The notes beneath the pieces were generated by a model. It saw only the letters and a program-made list of their open reading frames with translations, was not told where the DNA came from and ran no database searches. A stretch of DNA of 63,705 bases, counting the filler, from Octopus bimaculoides (lineage: Eukaryota), in assembly GCF_001194135.2 (NCBI RefSeq). It is 4 parts of 4 records of this genome, joined end to end, with 100 filler letters (N's around TTAATTAATTAA, not from the genome) between each part and the next. Parts side by side here need not be neighbours in the genome. Positions count along the whole stretch, not along the records: positions 1 to 23,081 come from NC_068981.1; positions 23,182 to 44,882 come from NC_068990.1; 2 more parts are not named here. The stretch is one strand, 5' to 3'. Below are positions 13,502 through 25,511 of the stretch, in pieces. The translations under genes and the position numbers were made by a program. Each line of letters begins with the position of its first letter. The stretch's first letter is position 1.

Positions 13502-15120
13502 TCCTGATGGTTTCCCAGCATGGTCCTAGTGGTTTCTCAGCAATCCTCCTCAAATCGTGTAAGCGTGCCCTGGCAAAACCTCTCCAGATTCTCTTCCAGA
13601 GCTTTCTTGCAAATGGCAGACTGCCAAGCAAGCTGAAGGAGGGAATAATATGGCCAATCCATAAAGGGGGGAAGCAGAGCAGATGCCAAAAACTATAGGC
13701 CTATCTCTCAGACTTCACACATCAACAAAGTCATGGAACGGATAGTCAAAGGGAAACTATTTGCATTCCTTGAAGAAAATAACTTACTGAGTGATACCCA
13801 GCATGGCTTCCGACTAGGTAGGAGCTGCCTGTCTCAGCTCTTACAACATTATGACAAGGTGTTGAGGCAGTTACTCAACAACTCAAATGTGGACGTAATA
13901 TACCTTGATTTTGCAAAAGCTTTTGACAAAATGGATCATGGTATTATATGCCACAAACTGCGTGATCTTGGCTTAGCTGAAAAACCTGGAGAGTGGTTAC
14001 ATGACTTTCTGAAGGATAGAAGTCAGGCAGTAGTGACCAATGGAGATACTTCAATGAAAACACAAACAGTGAGCGGTGTTCCACAGGGCACTGTCTTGAG
14101 ACCATTACTTTTCATAGTGGCCCTCTCAGATATGCCCTCAACTGCCCGGATAGCCACCCTTGCTAGCTACGGAGACCATACGAAAGTCTCGCAGAAAATA
14201 CAGAACCCCAGCGATGTTGCACATCTGCAGCAGGAGTTGGACTCAATTTACAGATAGGCTGAAAATAATAATATGCAGTTTAATGCTGAAAAATTCCAAG
14301 CCCTGCTCTACCAGCGTCCAAAACTGACTATGAATATGAAACTTACAGAGTACACTGGTCAGTGAGGGACCTGGATATCGACATGAGTGATGAGACTTCT
14401 TTCCAAGTGAGCATTACCAAGATGGCGACAAAGTGCAGACGGCTGGCTTGCTGGATCCTGAGAACATTCAGAACCAGAGATAAGGAAACCATGATGGTCC
14501 TATGGAGGACATTCGTTCTCAGCCGCCTGGATTACTGCTCCCATCTATGGTCACCCAACAGTGTAAAATTAACAGCGGACCTTGAAGCAATCCAGCGATT
14601 CACAAAGAAGATCGTCTCTTTGCAACTGCTCAGCTACTGGGAAAGGTTGAAACAGCTAAGACTCTACTCCCTGAAGCGAAGGCAGGCGAAGTATGCAGTA
14701 ATATACATCTGGAAGATCCTGGAGGAAATTGTACCAAATTTTGGCATTGAAAGCTACACCAATCCCAGAACGGGTCGACACTGCATAGTGCCAAAGATCC
14801 CAGCCACGCCATCGCACTTCAGGACCAGTTACTGCAACAGCCTGGGTTTCAGGGGCCCACAGCTTTTTAATATTCTCCCAAAGAGCCTGAGGAACCTGCA
14901 CAAAGTAGATGTAGGCGTTTTAAAATCAAGGCTGGACCTCTTCCTGTCGGGAGTCCCAGATGAACCTACCTCACGGCAAGAGGTGCAAATGAAGGGTAGC
15001 TACATCAAAGTCCATTCTTCACCAAGTGCCACATATTGGAGGAGGCTCTCAGGAATAACAGTGTAGCAAAATGCCGGTGCATCAGCATGGCCGCAGCTCT
15101 GAGCTGAAACTACAGAAAAT
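13499..15120 (+). mobile_element. 5'-truncated, frameshifted CR1-clade LINE (reverse transcriptase and C-terminus)
   Basis: PIHKGG..KNYRPIS; QHGFRLGRSCLSQLL; DVIYLDFAKAFDKMDH; SGVPQGTVLRPLLF; YGDH in place of YADD; RLDYCSHLWSP; RLKQLRLYSLKRR; FRGPQLFNILP. Flanked on both sides by (TA)n. Confidence 0.92.
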
Positions 15121-15273
15121 ATATATATATATATATATATANNNNNNNNNNNNNNNNNNNNNNNNNNNNNNNNNNNNNNNNNNNNNNNNNNNNNNNNNNN
15201 NNNNNNNNNNNNNNNNNNNNNNGGAAAATAAGACAAGGTAGAAAATGCTAAAATAATTTTATCGTGAAGAACA

Positions 15274-15316
15274 TTTTAGTACCGGTTTCAGTCTTTGCGA
15301 CTTTTTCAACTTTTAG
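15274..15316 (-). ncRNA. Degenerate hammerhead-like motif in a probable Penelope terminal repeat
   Basis: Reverse complement ttgaaaa-agtc gcaaa gact-GAAA-ccgg-TA. The core departs from CUGANGA and stem I is weak. Confidence 0.3.
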
Positions 15317-15751
15317 TAAAGTATGAAAAACAATTAAATTGTGGAAAAATGAAATGAAATGTTTTTTTTAAATATTTCCATAGTTTTCAAATGCAGGGGA
15401 CATTTTCCTTCTTTCTGTCTGTCTCTGTCTCTCTTTTTTACTCGTGTGTTCTAGGTAGTGGGCATCAGGTAGTAGTAATCGCTGGCCCTTGTACCAAAAT
15501 TTGAAACCATTATGAGTTTTTCTTCTTTCAATTTTGTTTCCATTTCTTGCCGAGTGTCACCTAGGACAAAGAAACTCACTGTATACATTGATAGGCCATT
15601 AAAATAAACACACCAGGTTGTTAATTTGCAAAATCAAGTTATTGGAGGGAAAAAAAAGAAAAAAAAAGACAAAAGTATACATGGGTTGTAATCGATCTCG
15701 ATAATGCTCTTCTCAGTACGTGTGACGTACCAGTTAAACAATTTTTTGCAC

Positions 15752-16250
15752 TTATTGTATGGATGGTAAGCCAGGGATCATTCTCATAATTTTCAATATT
15801 TTTTTTATCATTCCAAGTGCTCCCTCAATCACTGGTATTGTGATCGCTTTGAAATGCCACTTTTTTTCGATTTCAATGAGAAAATCTTTATATTTTCTGA
15901 ACTTGTCAAATTCTTTTGCCGAGATATTATGATCACAAGGAATACTCATGTTGATCAATAAACAGACTTTATTGTTTTGGTCTTTCACAACAATATCCAG
16001 TTTATTAACTTTGATGGTTCAGGGTGTATGTACTGGAAAGTCCCAAAGGATCGTTATATTTTCTCCTTCAGTTACAGCCTTTGGGGTGAAGCTTATACCA
16101 CTTTTCAACAGTTTTGGTTTTATAATGCCAACATATTAACTAGTGTAAATATTGACCAACTCTGTCATGTCTTGAGTTATACTCCACTGGTGCTAAAACT
16201 TTACATCCAAAGATTAGGTGGCCCACTGTTTCAATCTCATCATTGTAGAT
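15752..16250 (-). mobile_element. R4/Dong-type LINE 3' fragment (zinc-knuckle end plus REL endonuclease)
   Basis: ETVGHLIFGCKVLAPVEYNSRHDRVGQYLH...KVCLLINMSIPCDHNISAKEFDKFRKYKD..AITIPVIEGALGMIKK; abuts (TAA)n at 16250-16303. Confidence 0.85.
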
Positions 16251-16267
16251 TATTATTATTATAATTA

Positions 16268-16920
<653 letters not shown>

Positions 16921-17959
16921 CATTATCATTATTGTTTTCGTTTGCACTTCGGCTACCATTTCATCATTATCATTCAGCTTTTGAATTAGTCATGTTTCTA
17001 TCACTCCTTTTTCTTTTTCTTTTGCAAACAAAACATATAATTGTAGAGTTCCAACGCTAAAGAACATAGACGCTAATGTGGGTCGCGATTAAATGAGGCA
17101 GAAAATAACTAACATGCTCGAATTGGCAGGTTTACAACGCTGGGCTTATATGTTTTTACGTCAGCTGATCGCGTGTTTTTCGCCTTATGAAAGAAAGCAT
17201 CACCAAAAACTCGTTGATTATTACCTGAATAGTGTTACCATACCTCACCAAAAATTACACAAAGTTTGGCGTCGGTTTGTCTGTTCATTTCTTCACTTTT
17301 ATTATTGGTTACACATGATATTATTGGCTACACATGTTAAATTTGCTGTTTTTTAAGCAAGCTCCATCTTTTTCACTTCTTTCATAGAAATTTGTAAACT
17401 AAATGAACTTGACCCCATTTCTTCATAAAACCACTGTTTAAAAATAATTTCTTCTGTTGCAAAAGTTCTATATCATACTTAAATGGATTCATTACCCGAT
17501 TGTGCTTTTTATCTGGAAACTCAGAAAAGTTTTTATTCTTAAAGTTATCCCAAACTCTTTGTAGATGTACTTGATTGTGTCTCCAATTTCTGTGGTTTCG
17601 AGTAAAGTGTGAAGAGAAGGGAATAACATAATTCCTTGTCGATCATTCAGTTTACTAATTTCTCAGTTTATCGCAAAATGCACTATTCCCTCCTCCTCTT
17701 CCTCCTCCTCCCCCGCCATTTTGGAGAAACAGATTTGGATGCTTTCATAAAAGGAAGAAGTTTAGAGCATTGAATTTAATTAAACGGTTAATGAGATCAG
17801 TTAATTGTAGCATACATCTCTCTTCAATTAGAAAATTAACTTAATCTGTTTTTGTTTTCGGTTTTTTTTCCTTTTGTTTTTTTACTTCGATAAAAATTCG
17901 ATTTTTTTAATCATGAAATTCCATATCCTTCCATCAAATTACAACGCGACTGTCATTTA

Positions 17960-18300
17960 ATCTTTTTCGTGTATCAGTAAGGTGTTGATAGTTCCTGCTG
18001 TTTTGTACAAGTCAGATGTAAAGAAACATTTGTTGAATTAGATTTAATGAAATTCACGATCTTAATAATCTGCATAAAACCTCTCGCAAGCAATTGTTTA
18101 AATGTGGTACACAATCCACTGTACTTTCCTATCATGTTAGTAGCACCGTCTGTACATATTGCGGTAATTATATTCATATGCATTGTTATCCGTAGGAAAA
18201 TGTAACAAAAGGTAGAGAATTTCACTTGGTTGTAGGTTGCAGCAGCAAGATCAAACGAAACAAAAGGTCTTCGTGAAATTTATTTCGATAAAAACTCTGT
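17960..18300 (-). mobile_element. Decayed hAT (Charlie/Buster-like) transposase remnant
   Basis: FHEDLLF..; ITAICTDGATNMIGKYSGL; IIKIVNFIKSNSTN resemble the CTDGAxxM and VNFIK motifs of Buster/GTF2IRD2-type transposases. Confidence 0.6.
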
Positions 18301-18369
18301 GGTGTAATGATTAACACTCTAGACTCTGTATTCGAGCGGTAGAACCTAAATGTTTATTTCATCTTTATA

Positions 18370-18537
18370 GGCGTATGCGTGGCGTTGTGATTAAAAGTTT
18401 ACTTCCCAGTCACATAGTTCCAGGTTCAGTCCCACTGTGTGGCACTATGAGCAAGTGTCTTCTATCATAGACTCAAGCCGACCAAAGCCTTGTGAGTGTA
18501 TTTGGTAGACGGAAACTGAAAGAAGCCGTCATGTGTA

Positions 18538-18584
<47 letters not shown>

Positions 18585-18780
18585 CCACCGCTTGATAACG
18601 GTGTTGATGTGTTTACATCCCAGTATATTAGCGATTCGGCATGAGACACCGATAGAAGAAGCACCAGGCTTCAAAAATAAGTACTGGGGGCGATTTGTTC
18701 AACTAAACCCTTCAAGACGATACCCCAGCATGGCCGCAGTCTGACGAATAAAACAATAAAAGGTAACGGGTAAAGAAAAG
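18370..18780 (+). mobile_element. SINE family A, full length
   Basis: Head, caagtgtcttct..gaccaaagccttgtgagtg..gtagacggaaactgaaagaagcc, (TG)n, and tail ccccagcatggccgcagtc. Confidence 0.85.
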
Positions 18781-19041
18781 GTATTGAATATACGTAGCAT
18801 AACACGTATACTTAGCTTATAACATCGGTGCTTTTATCTGGCTATATCACAAGTACATAAGTTGTGGATGTAGAGATCACAAATCTAGAGTCAACCTAGA
18901 ACGATCTTGAAGATCTACTGGTTAAACCTTTTATATGGTATCTTTTACTTGTTTCAACGATAGGACTGCAGTGATGCTGGGACACCACCACCTTCACTGG
19001 TTTTGTGAGACATTCTGCTCAAACTGGAGCACAAGAAAGCA

Positions 19042-19190
19042 TTGTCTGTATACACGGACGACATCACGATCGTATTGCTAAACATCTCAGAAATCAAAGA
19101 GATAAGCTCTACACTAAAAAGGAATACGAGGTGGTTACCTGAATGTGTATTAATCAGGATAAATTAGTGGGTTTGCGGCTCGATAAGTGG
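19042..19190 (+). mobile_element. L1/Tx1-like reverse transcriptase fragment
   Basis: LSVYTDDITIV..EISSTLK-EYEVVT*MCINQDKLVGLRLDKW resembles Tx1 SAYADD..LKEYEAVTGAKINxEKSVGLxLGxW. Confidence 0.55.
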
Positions 19191-19300
19191 ACCCACAAGT
19201 CCATATAAGCTAGTGTCAGTCACTCAATTAATAAGGTGATTATGGTCTGACTTTGTCCAAACTTCCAGATTATTAAGCAAGTGAAAAAGACTGACAATAG

Positions 19301-20734
19301 GGATCTAGTTCAAAACGGGGGCACCAGTTTTCATTTATGTTTTATGTAGTGTTTTTGGTACCGAAAGACTTTCAAACTTCGTATACTTATCTATTTTGTG
19401 TTATAGAACAGAAAAAAAATTTTGTATTCGAATTTATTTCATGTAAAAAAATTGTCTTATTTCGATAATTTCAACCAATCACTGACAAGTATTCAGCTGT
19501 TTATAGTTACTCCTTTGGCAGTTTAAGCGGTGTAAAGCGTATTTAATCTCCAAGGGTTAGGGTTAGGGTTAGGGTTAGTCCTAGAAATAGCAGCCAAATA
19601 TTCCTCAAATCACGGTACATAGAAAATTATCGAAAAGTTGTTGAACAGAAAATAAATACAAACACAGATGCTGGATGTTTTTTAAAACGGGGGCCACATT
19701 TTTCATTAACGAAACACTTTGAAACTTGGAACACTGGTAGAATGTGTCATATAAAACATCTTTTTCTCTTAGTCTTCTTAAAAAAAAAAGAAATCCATAA
19801 GTTATTCCATGTTNNNNNNNNNNNNNNNNNNNNNNNNNNNNNNNNNNNNNNNNNNNNNNNNNNNNNNNNNNNNNNNNNNNNNNNNNNNNNNNNNNNNNNN
19901 NNNNNNNNNNNNNNNNNNNNNNNNNNNNNNNNNNNNNNNNNNNNNNNNNNNNNNNNNNNNNNNNNNNNNNNNNNNNNNNNNNNNNNNNNNNNNNNNNNNN
20001 NNNNNNNNNNNNNNNNNNNNNNNNNNNNNNNNNNNNNNNNNNNNNNNNNNNNNNNNNNNNNNNNNNNNNNNNNNNNNNNNNNNNNNNNNNNNNNNNNNNN
20101 NNNNNNNNNNNNNNNNNNNNNNNNNNNNNNNNNNNNNNNNNNNNNNNNNNNNNNNNNNNNNNNNNNNNNNNNNNNNNNNNNNNNNNNNNNNNNNNNNNNN
20201 NNNNNNNNNNNNNNNNNNNNNNNNNNNNNNNNNNNNNNNNNNNNNNNNNNNNNNNNNNNNNNNNNNNNNNNNNNNNNNNNNNNNNNNNNNNNNNNNNNNN
20301 NNNNNNNNNNNNNNNNNNNNNNNNNNNNNNNNNNNNNNNNNNNNNNNNNNNNNNNNNNNNNNNNNNNNNNNNNNNTGACTTGCCCCTTCCCTCAAAAACC
20401 AGGCCTTGTGCCTATAATAGAAAGGTTTATTAGCTACTGCCAATATGCTTCAGCCATTTTTTGACAAGGAAATAATAATTTTATCACCGCCAGAATCGTT
20501 TGAGAATCGTTTGTTTACGTAGTCAGCACTTACTGTATTCGGCTGAATGGACGTCAGTCATTGGTTGAAATTACAGAAATACGACAACTTTAACATGAAA
20601 TAAGTTGCAATATAATAATTTTTCTTAAGAAGACTAAGAGAAAAAGATGTTTTATATGACACATTCTACCAGTGTCCCAAGTTTCAAAGTGTTTCGTTAA
20701 GAAAATACTGGCGCCCCCGTTTTGAACTAGATCC
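19301..20734. mobile_element. Fold-back/MITE-like element with long inverted arms (interrupted by a gap)
   Basis: ggatctagttcaaaacgggggc at 19301 and gcccccgttttgaactagatcc ending at 20734. 19684-19813 is a near-identical inverse of about 20590-20725. Confidence 0.75.
19554..19578 (+). repeat. Interstitial telomeric repeat (GGGTTA)4
   Basis: gggttagggttagggttagggttag, read directly from the sequence. Confidence 0.9.
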
Positions 20735-21186
20735 GAAAATAGATTGTCCTTGAAATGTGGTGGACCAATACATCACTACTGTAATATATTATCGCTTTAC
20801 TTCCGACTTTGCTCCGTGTCACATCTGATCAAAGTGGAACGTCAGCTCTTTCTCTACCTTTAGGAGCTACTTAGCCCAGGCGTGTTCGTCTTTTATCAGT
20901 CTTGTTTACTTTCCTCCCCTTCCGCAGCAATAGAGAAGACTGAAATGCAAAATTAGTGTTGAGTCGCTAAGTTTTGTTAAGGTGAGAATAAGTCTTTAAC
21001 TATCTCTTCAACGCTATGCAAAACGGCTGCATTCTTTGTGATAAAGCGCGTGCGCTAAGACAGAAAGATATGAAAGCCGCTTGATAGATGAAAGAAACGC
21101 AATGCGGTGACAAATTAGCCAACAAAGTCACCTATGGTCATTAGGAGACTGTAGTGGGTGCGTTCTATTCACTCCCAAGAAGATGA

Positions 21187-21267
21187 GCCCCGCGAGATGA
21201 AGTGACTGCTGCAGCATGTTGTTAGCTATTCTCCACGGCAACGTCGTCGCGGTCATTACCGCAGGGC
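21187..21267 (+). ncRNA. Candidate structured RNA (long G:U-rich hairpin, pre-miRNA-sized upper stem)
   Basis: agtgactgc/gcggtcatt (9 bp) and atgttgtt/ggcaacgt (8 bp) with several G:U pairs; lower stem gccc.gcg/cgc.gggc. Not matched to any RNA family I recognise. Confidence 0.35.
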
Positions 21268-22085
21268 ACTGCTGAGCACACCATTTGTCCTGGATTATGT
21301 AGGCCACTGCTTTACCCCCTCGCTGTTTTCTATTTCTTTTCCTTTCTTACCTCTCTTTTTTCGTGTTGCTTTGTATTTAAATTGTGTGAATAATAAATAC
21401 TTCGCTAACCAATTAGTGGGCCCAGTAGACTGAAGATAGCAGACTTCAAACCCTACTTTTTCAGCAAAAGAGATGAACTGTAAGAAGAAAAAGAATGGAG
21501 AGAAAAAGTATATTTACCGAAAATAGTAGCGAGTTAGACTTGGCTCGTACAATGTACAATCACGAGTAGAAGGCGCTTGCTTTGAAATTGAAAGACAGAA
21601 TTTTGTGAGGTATTATGATTTGCACAATGTAGCCTCTCTCTTTTGATACATTTAGATAGCTATCTATCTATCTATCTATCTGTCTGTCTATCTATCTTTC
21701 TTTCTATCTATCTATCTATTTATCTAGATAGATAGATAGATCGATAGATAGATAGATAGATACGTGTGCGCTCATGTGTTATCTTCGTTTTTCTTAATGC
21801 AAAAATCCCACTGTTTATGTTCCATCTTTGCAATGAAAATAAAGAAATCAACACCATTATTATTTATTTGAGTGGTTGATGACGGAACTGGGAGTGCAAA
21901 ATGCCAAGTTGTATTTAATTACATCTCTCCACTGTGGATTTAAATCCTATCTATATTATCTTTGTTGCTTGTTTCACACACCTCACAGCAAATAAAAACC
22001 AACCAGCTACACAGGTTGATATAATCCTTAAAAACCACCCAGTGGCCAATGTAAGAGATCTGTTTTATTTATTAGATAACCGTAA

Positions 22086-22300
22086 GGCGGCACGCTGGTA
22101 AAATCGTTACTGCGTCGGACAAATATTCTCAGTTTTATTTCTTCCAGCTCTTTGCGTCCGGTTTCAAATGCCGCTAAAGTCGACTTTGCCTTTCATTATT
22201 TTCAGAGTCAAGTACTGGGGAGGATGGGGATGTTGGTTTCGATGTAATTGATTTTCCCCACTTCCTTCAAAATTGCTGGCTTTGAGCCTACAATTAGAAA
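22086..22300 (+). mobile_element. SINE family B, diverged
   Basis: taaggcggcacgctggtaaaatcgtta...aaagtcgactttgcctttca...ttgctggctttgagcc. Confidence 0.65.
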
Positions 22301-22906
22301 GCACCCATACCGACAATACTTTCAAGCCATCATCCCCCGAAAGGATGTAAGGCAGTGTTAGCCTTGAGGAGATATGAACTCAGAACATAGAGAACCGGAA
22401 GAAATACTTCAAAACTTTTCGTCTAAAATTCTGTGAGGTCCCCGTAATTAATTTATCAAGATGTTTTCTTTTCTTTTCTTTTTTTTTTTTTTAGAAAAGA
22501 ATTCAAGTTGACAATCCAATTTCAGTTCGTAGTGGGGACCATTTTACTTCCATTACAGTGTCAGTAACCTAACATCTTAAAAGGTGATGACTGAGAAATG
22601 AATATTACATTTCCGTTCTGCATCCTGCCTCTGGGATGTGAGATTGTGACAAGCATTACAAGTATATGATTTTAATGTAAAAAAATTACAGAGGTACAAT
22701 GATAGGTTTCTGTCGTTTGTGTGTGTGCGTGTGTGTGCGTGTGTGTGTGTGTGCGCGCGCACGCTTCTGAACTTTTGCTAAGGCTTCCTTGAACACCATA
22801 AAATGTTACTCAGTAGAATTGTTAAACCAATAAATAAAATTTATTCAACTAAATTCTTTACACACATGCATCTCTCTCTCTATATATATATACATACATA
22901 CATACA

Positions 22907-22940
<34 letters not shown>

Positions 22941-22941
<1 letters not shown>

Positions 22942-23081
22942 CATCATCATCATCATCATCATCGTTTAACGTCCGCTTTCCATGCTAGCATGGGTTGGAC
23001 GATTTGACTGAGGACTGGTGAAACCGGATGGCAACACCAGGCTCCAGTCTGATTTGGCAGAGTTTCTACAGCTGGATGCCC
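22941..23081 (-). mobile_element. RTE-LINE 3' tail with (GAT)n end
   Basis: Reverse complement of 24240-24380. Confidence 0.85.
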
Positions 23082-23181
23082 NNNNNNNNNNNNNNNNNNN
23101 NNNNNNNNNNNNNNNNNNNNNNNNNTTAATTAATTAANNNNNNNNNNNNNNNNNNNNNNNNNNNNNNNNNNNNNNNNNNNN
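23082..23181. other. Artificial 100-base scaffold spacer (44N-TTAATTAATTAA-44N); also at 44883-44982 and 60104-60203
   Basis: Identical geometry three times; the 12-mer places stops in all six frames. Confidence 0.93.
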
Positions 23182-24380
23182 ACGTAGTTGATAGCTTCCG
23201 CTATCTAGGTGACCAAGTTAGTAGTGGGGGAGGGGCGCTGAAAGTGTAGCTGCTAGAATAAGAATAGCCTGGGCAAAGTTCAGAGAGCTCTTACCTGTGC
23301 TGGTGACAAAGGGTCTCTCTCTCAGAGTAAAAGGTAGACTGTATGATGCATGTGTACGAACAACCATGCTACATGGCAGTGAAATATGAGCCATGACTGC
23401 TGAGGACATGCGTAAGCTCGAAAGGAATGAAGCCAGTATGCTCTGATGGATGTGTAATGTCAGTGTGCATACTCGACAGAGTGTAAGTACCTTGAGAGAA
23501 AAGTTGAACCTAAGAAGCATCAGTTGTGGTGTGTAAGAGACACAATTGCGCTGGTATGGTCACATGGCGAGAATGGATGAGGATAGCTGTGTGAAAAAGT
23601 GCCACATCCTAGCAGTTGAGAAAACCTGTGGAAGAGGGAGGCCTAGGAAGACCTGTGATGAGGTGGTGAAGTGTGACCTTCGAACATTGGGCCTCACCGA
23701 GGCAATGACTTCTGACTGAGATTTTTGGAAATATGCTGTGCGTGAGAGGACCCAGCAAGCCAAGTGAGACCAAAATCCAAGGCCTCTGCCAGGGATGTAG
23801 CCAGCCCACTTATGCGTACCTTTCCTTCATTGGACACTAAACTCCACTTGCGAAGACCTGTTGAGGCAAGTGAAATCAAAATCGAACTAAATTCGACGAC
23901 TGGCCCCCATGCCAACGTCTCCTTCATTGGACACTAAATTCGGCTTGCGAAGACCTGTTGGGGCAAGCGAAAGCGAAATCGTGATGGCACCTGTACCGGT
24001 GGAGTGCTAAGAGCACTGTTCGAGCGTGATCGTTACCAGCGTCGCCCTCCTGGCACTTGTGCCAGTGTCACGTGAAAAGTCTTTCAAGCGAGATCGTTGC
24101 CAGTGCTGCTGGACTCACTCCTGTGCAGGTGGCAAGTAAAATACACCATTTTGAGCGTGGCCGTTGCCAGTACCGCTTGACTGGCCTTCGTGCTGGTGGC
24201 ACGTAAAAGCACCCACTACACTCTCGGAGTGGTTGGCATTAGGAAGGGCATCCAGCTGTAGAAACTCTGCCAAATCAGATTGGAGCCTGGTGTAGCCATC
24301 TGGTTCACCAGTCTTCAGTCAAATCGTCCAACCCATGCTAGCATGGAAAGCGGACGTTAAACGATGATGATGATGATGAT
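23182..24380 (+). mobile_element. RTE-clade LINE 3' portion (RT C-terminus, 3' UTR, (GAT)n tail)
   Basis: VDSFRYLGDQV..ARIRIAWAKFRELLPVL..KGRLYDACVRTTMLHGSE..LRWYGHMARMDED..GRGRPRKT..DL with in-frame stops; UTR ends catggaaagcggacgttaaacgatgatgat. Confidence 0.92.
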
Positions 24381-25511
24381 TTCATTTGTCAGTGTGCAAA
24401 CTGGAAGAGATAGAATGTTGGATAAGATACCTGACAATATTTGCTCCAACCCACTCTGCTTTGAGTTCAAACCCTGCTGAGCTCAATTTTGCCTTTCATC
24501 CTTCCAGCAGTAAAAAAAAAAGAAATACCAATCTGAGAATCCAAGATGGTGGATTGGCAAAACTATTAAAGTGTCAGATGAGATGTTTTGTGGTATCTAT
24601 ACCAAGTTTTTGTGTTCTGGCAGCAATACCTGCAGTGAGACTGGTGGTGCCAAGCTGTATCATACATTAAGCAAAGCCTTAGCACTGGACAAAACTGGTG
24701 GCTTGGGAGAGGAAGTAGCATACACAAGCAACTTCCTAGTTAAAAAAAAAAAAAAACTTGACCAGTCCTGCAGACATAGGTGCACATATATGGTCAGCTC
24801 TCTGACAGAAGCCCTAAGTCCATCAGCAGACTATGTGGGTTTTTAGATCCCCACTTCCAGTTGGTCTCAGTTGAGTAGATCTATGACAGGGAGCAAACCA
24901 ATCATATGCTTGGAAGTGACCCACAACTACAGTATAGCATGTAAGTCATAACAAAATTTAGCCCAAGACATACTCTTTTTAGAGTGTCAATGAATTGCTA
25001 AGCAGACCATATTTAAATTTCTGTCCAGTTTTGTTTTGATTATCCAAAGATTCTGATAAAGACTGCAGAGGAAACATGTTAGATGAGCTGAATTACAGCT
25101 TAGGAGATTAGCTATCTCAACATAATAACAATTATAATCCTTTCTATAAACACGGCCTGAAATTTTGGAGAGGGGGTGGGGTTAGCAGATTTCATCAATC
25201 GTAATGTTCAACTGGTACTTATTTCATTGACTCCAAAAGGATGAAAAGCAAAGTCAACCTTGGAATTTGAACTTAGAATGTAAAGTTCTGTAAAATGTCA
25301 CTAAGCAATTTAACTGGCATGTTAAAGATTCTGCCAGCTTTCCACACTAAGGCAGTCTAATCAAACCTAAACGAGTTGTCTCCCATACTTTTCAGAATAA
25401 TTAAAATAATATTAATCACACATTAGCATTGTCTTTTCTTCACTGCACAACTATTTCGAATTGTCTTTTTAATGCTCACTGAATTTGGCTATATAATAGT
25501 AATAATAATAA

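Noticed and set aside
21181-21280. SECIS element, U3 or C/D snoRNA interpretation of the hairpin
   Set aside because: No correctly placed GA quartet with apical AA, and no U3 5' boxes. C/D-like words are present but not convincingly arranged.
23126-23137. TTAATTAATTAA islands inside N runs (also 44927-44938 and 60148-60159) as a biological repeat
   Set aside because: Always exactly 44N+12+44N = 100 bases with six-frame stops; an assembly spacer.
24660-24740. - strand exon with a strong poly-T acceptor
   Set aside because: Lies within a decayed SINE C copy; the poly-A is part of the repeat.
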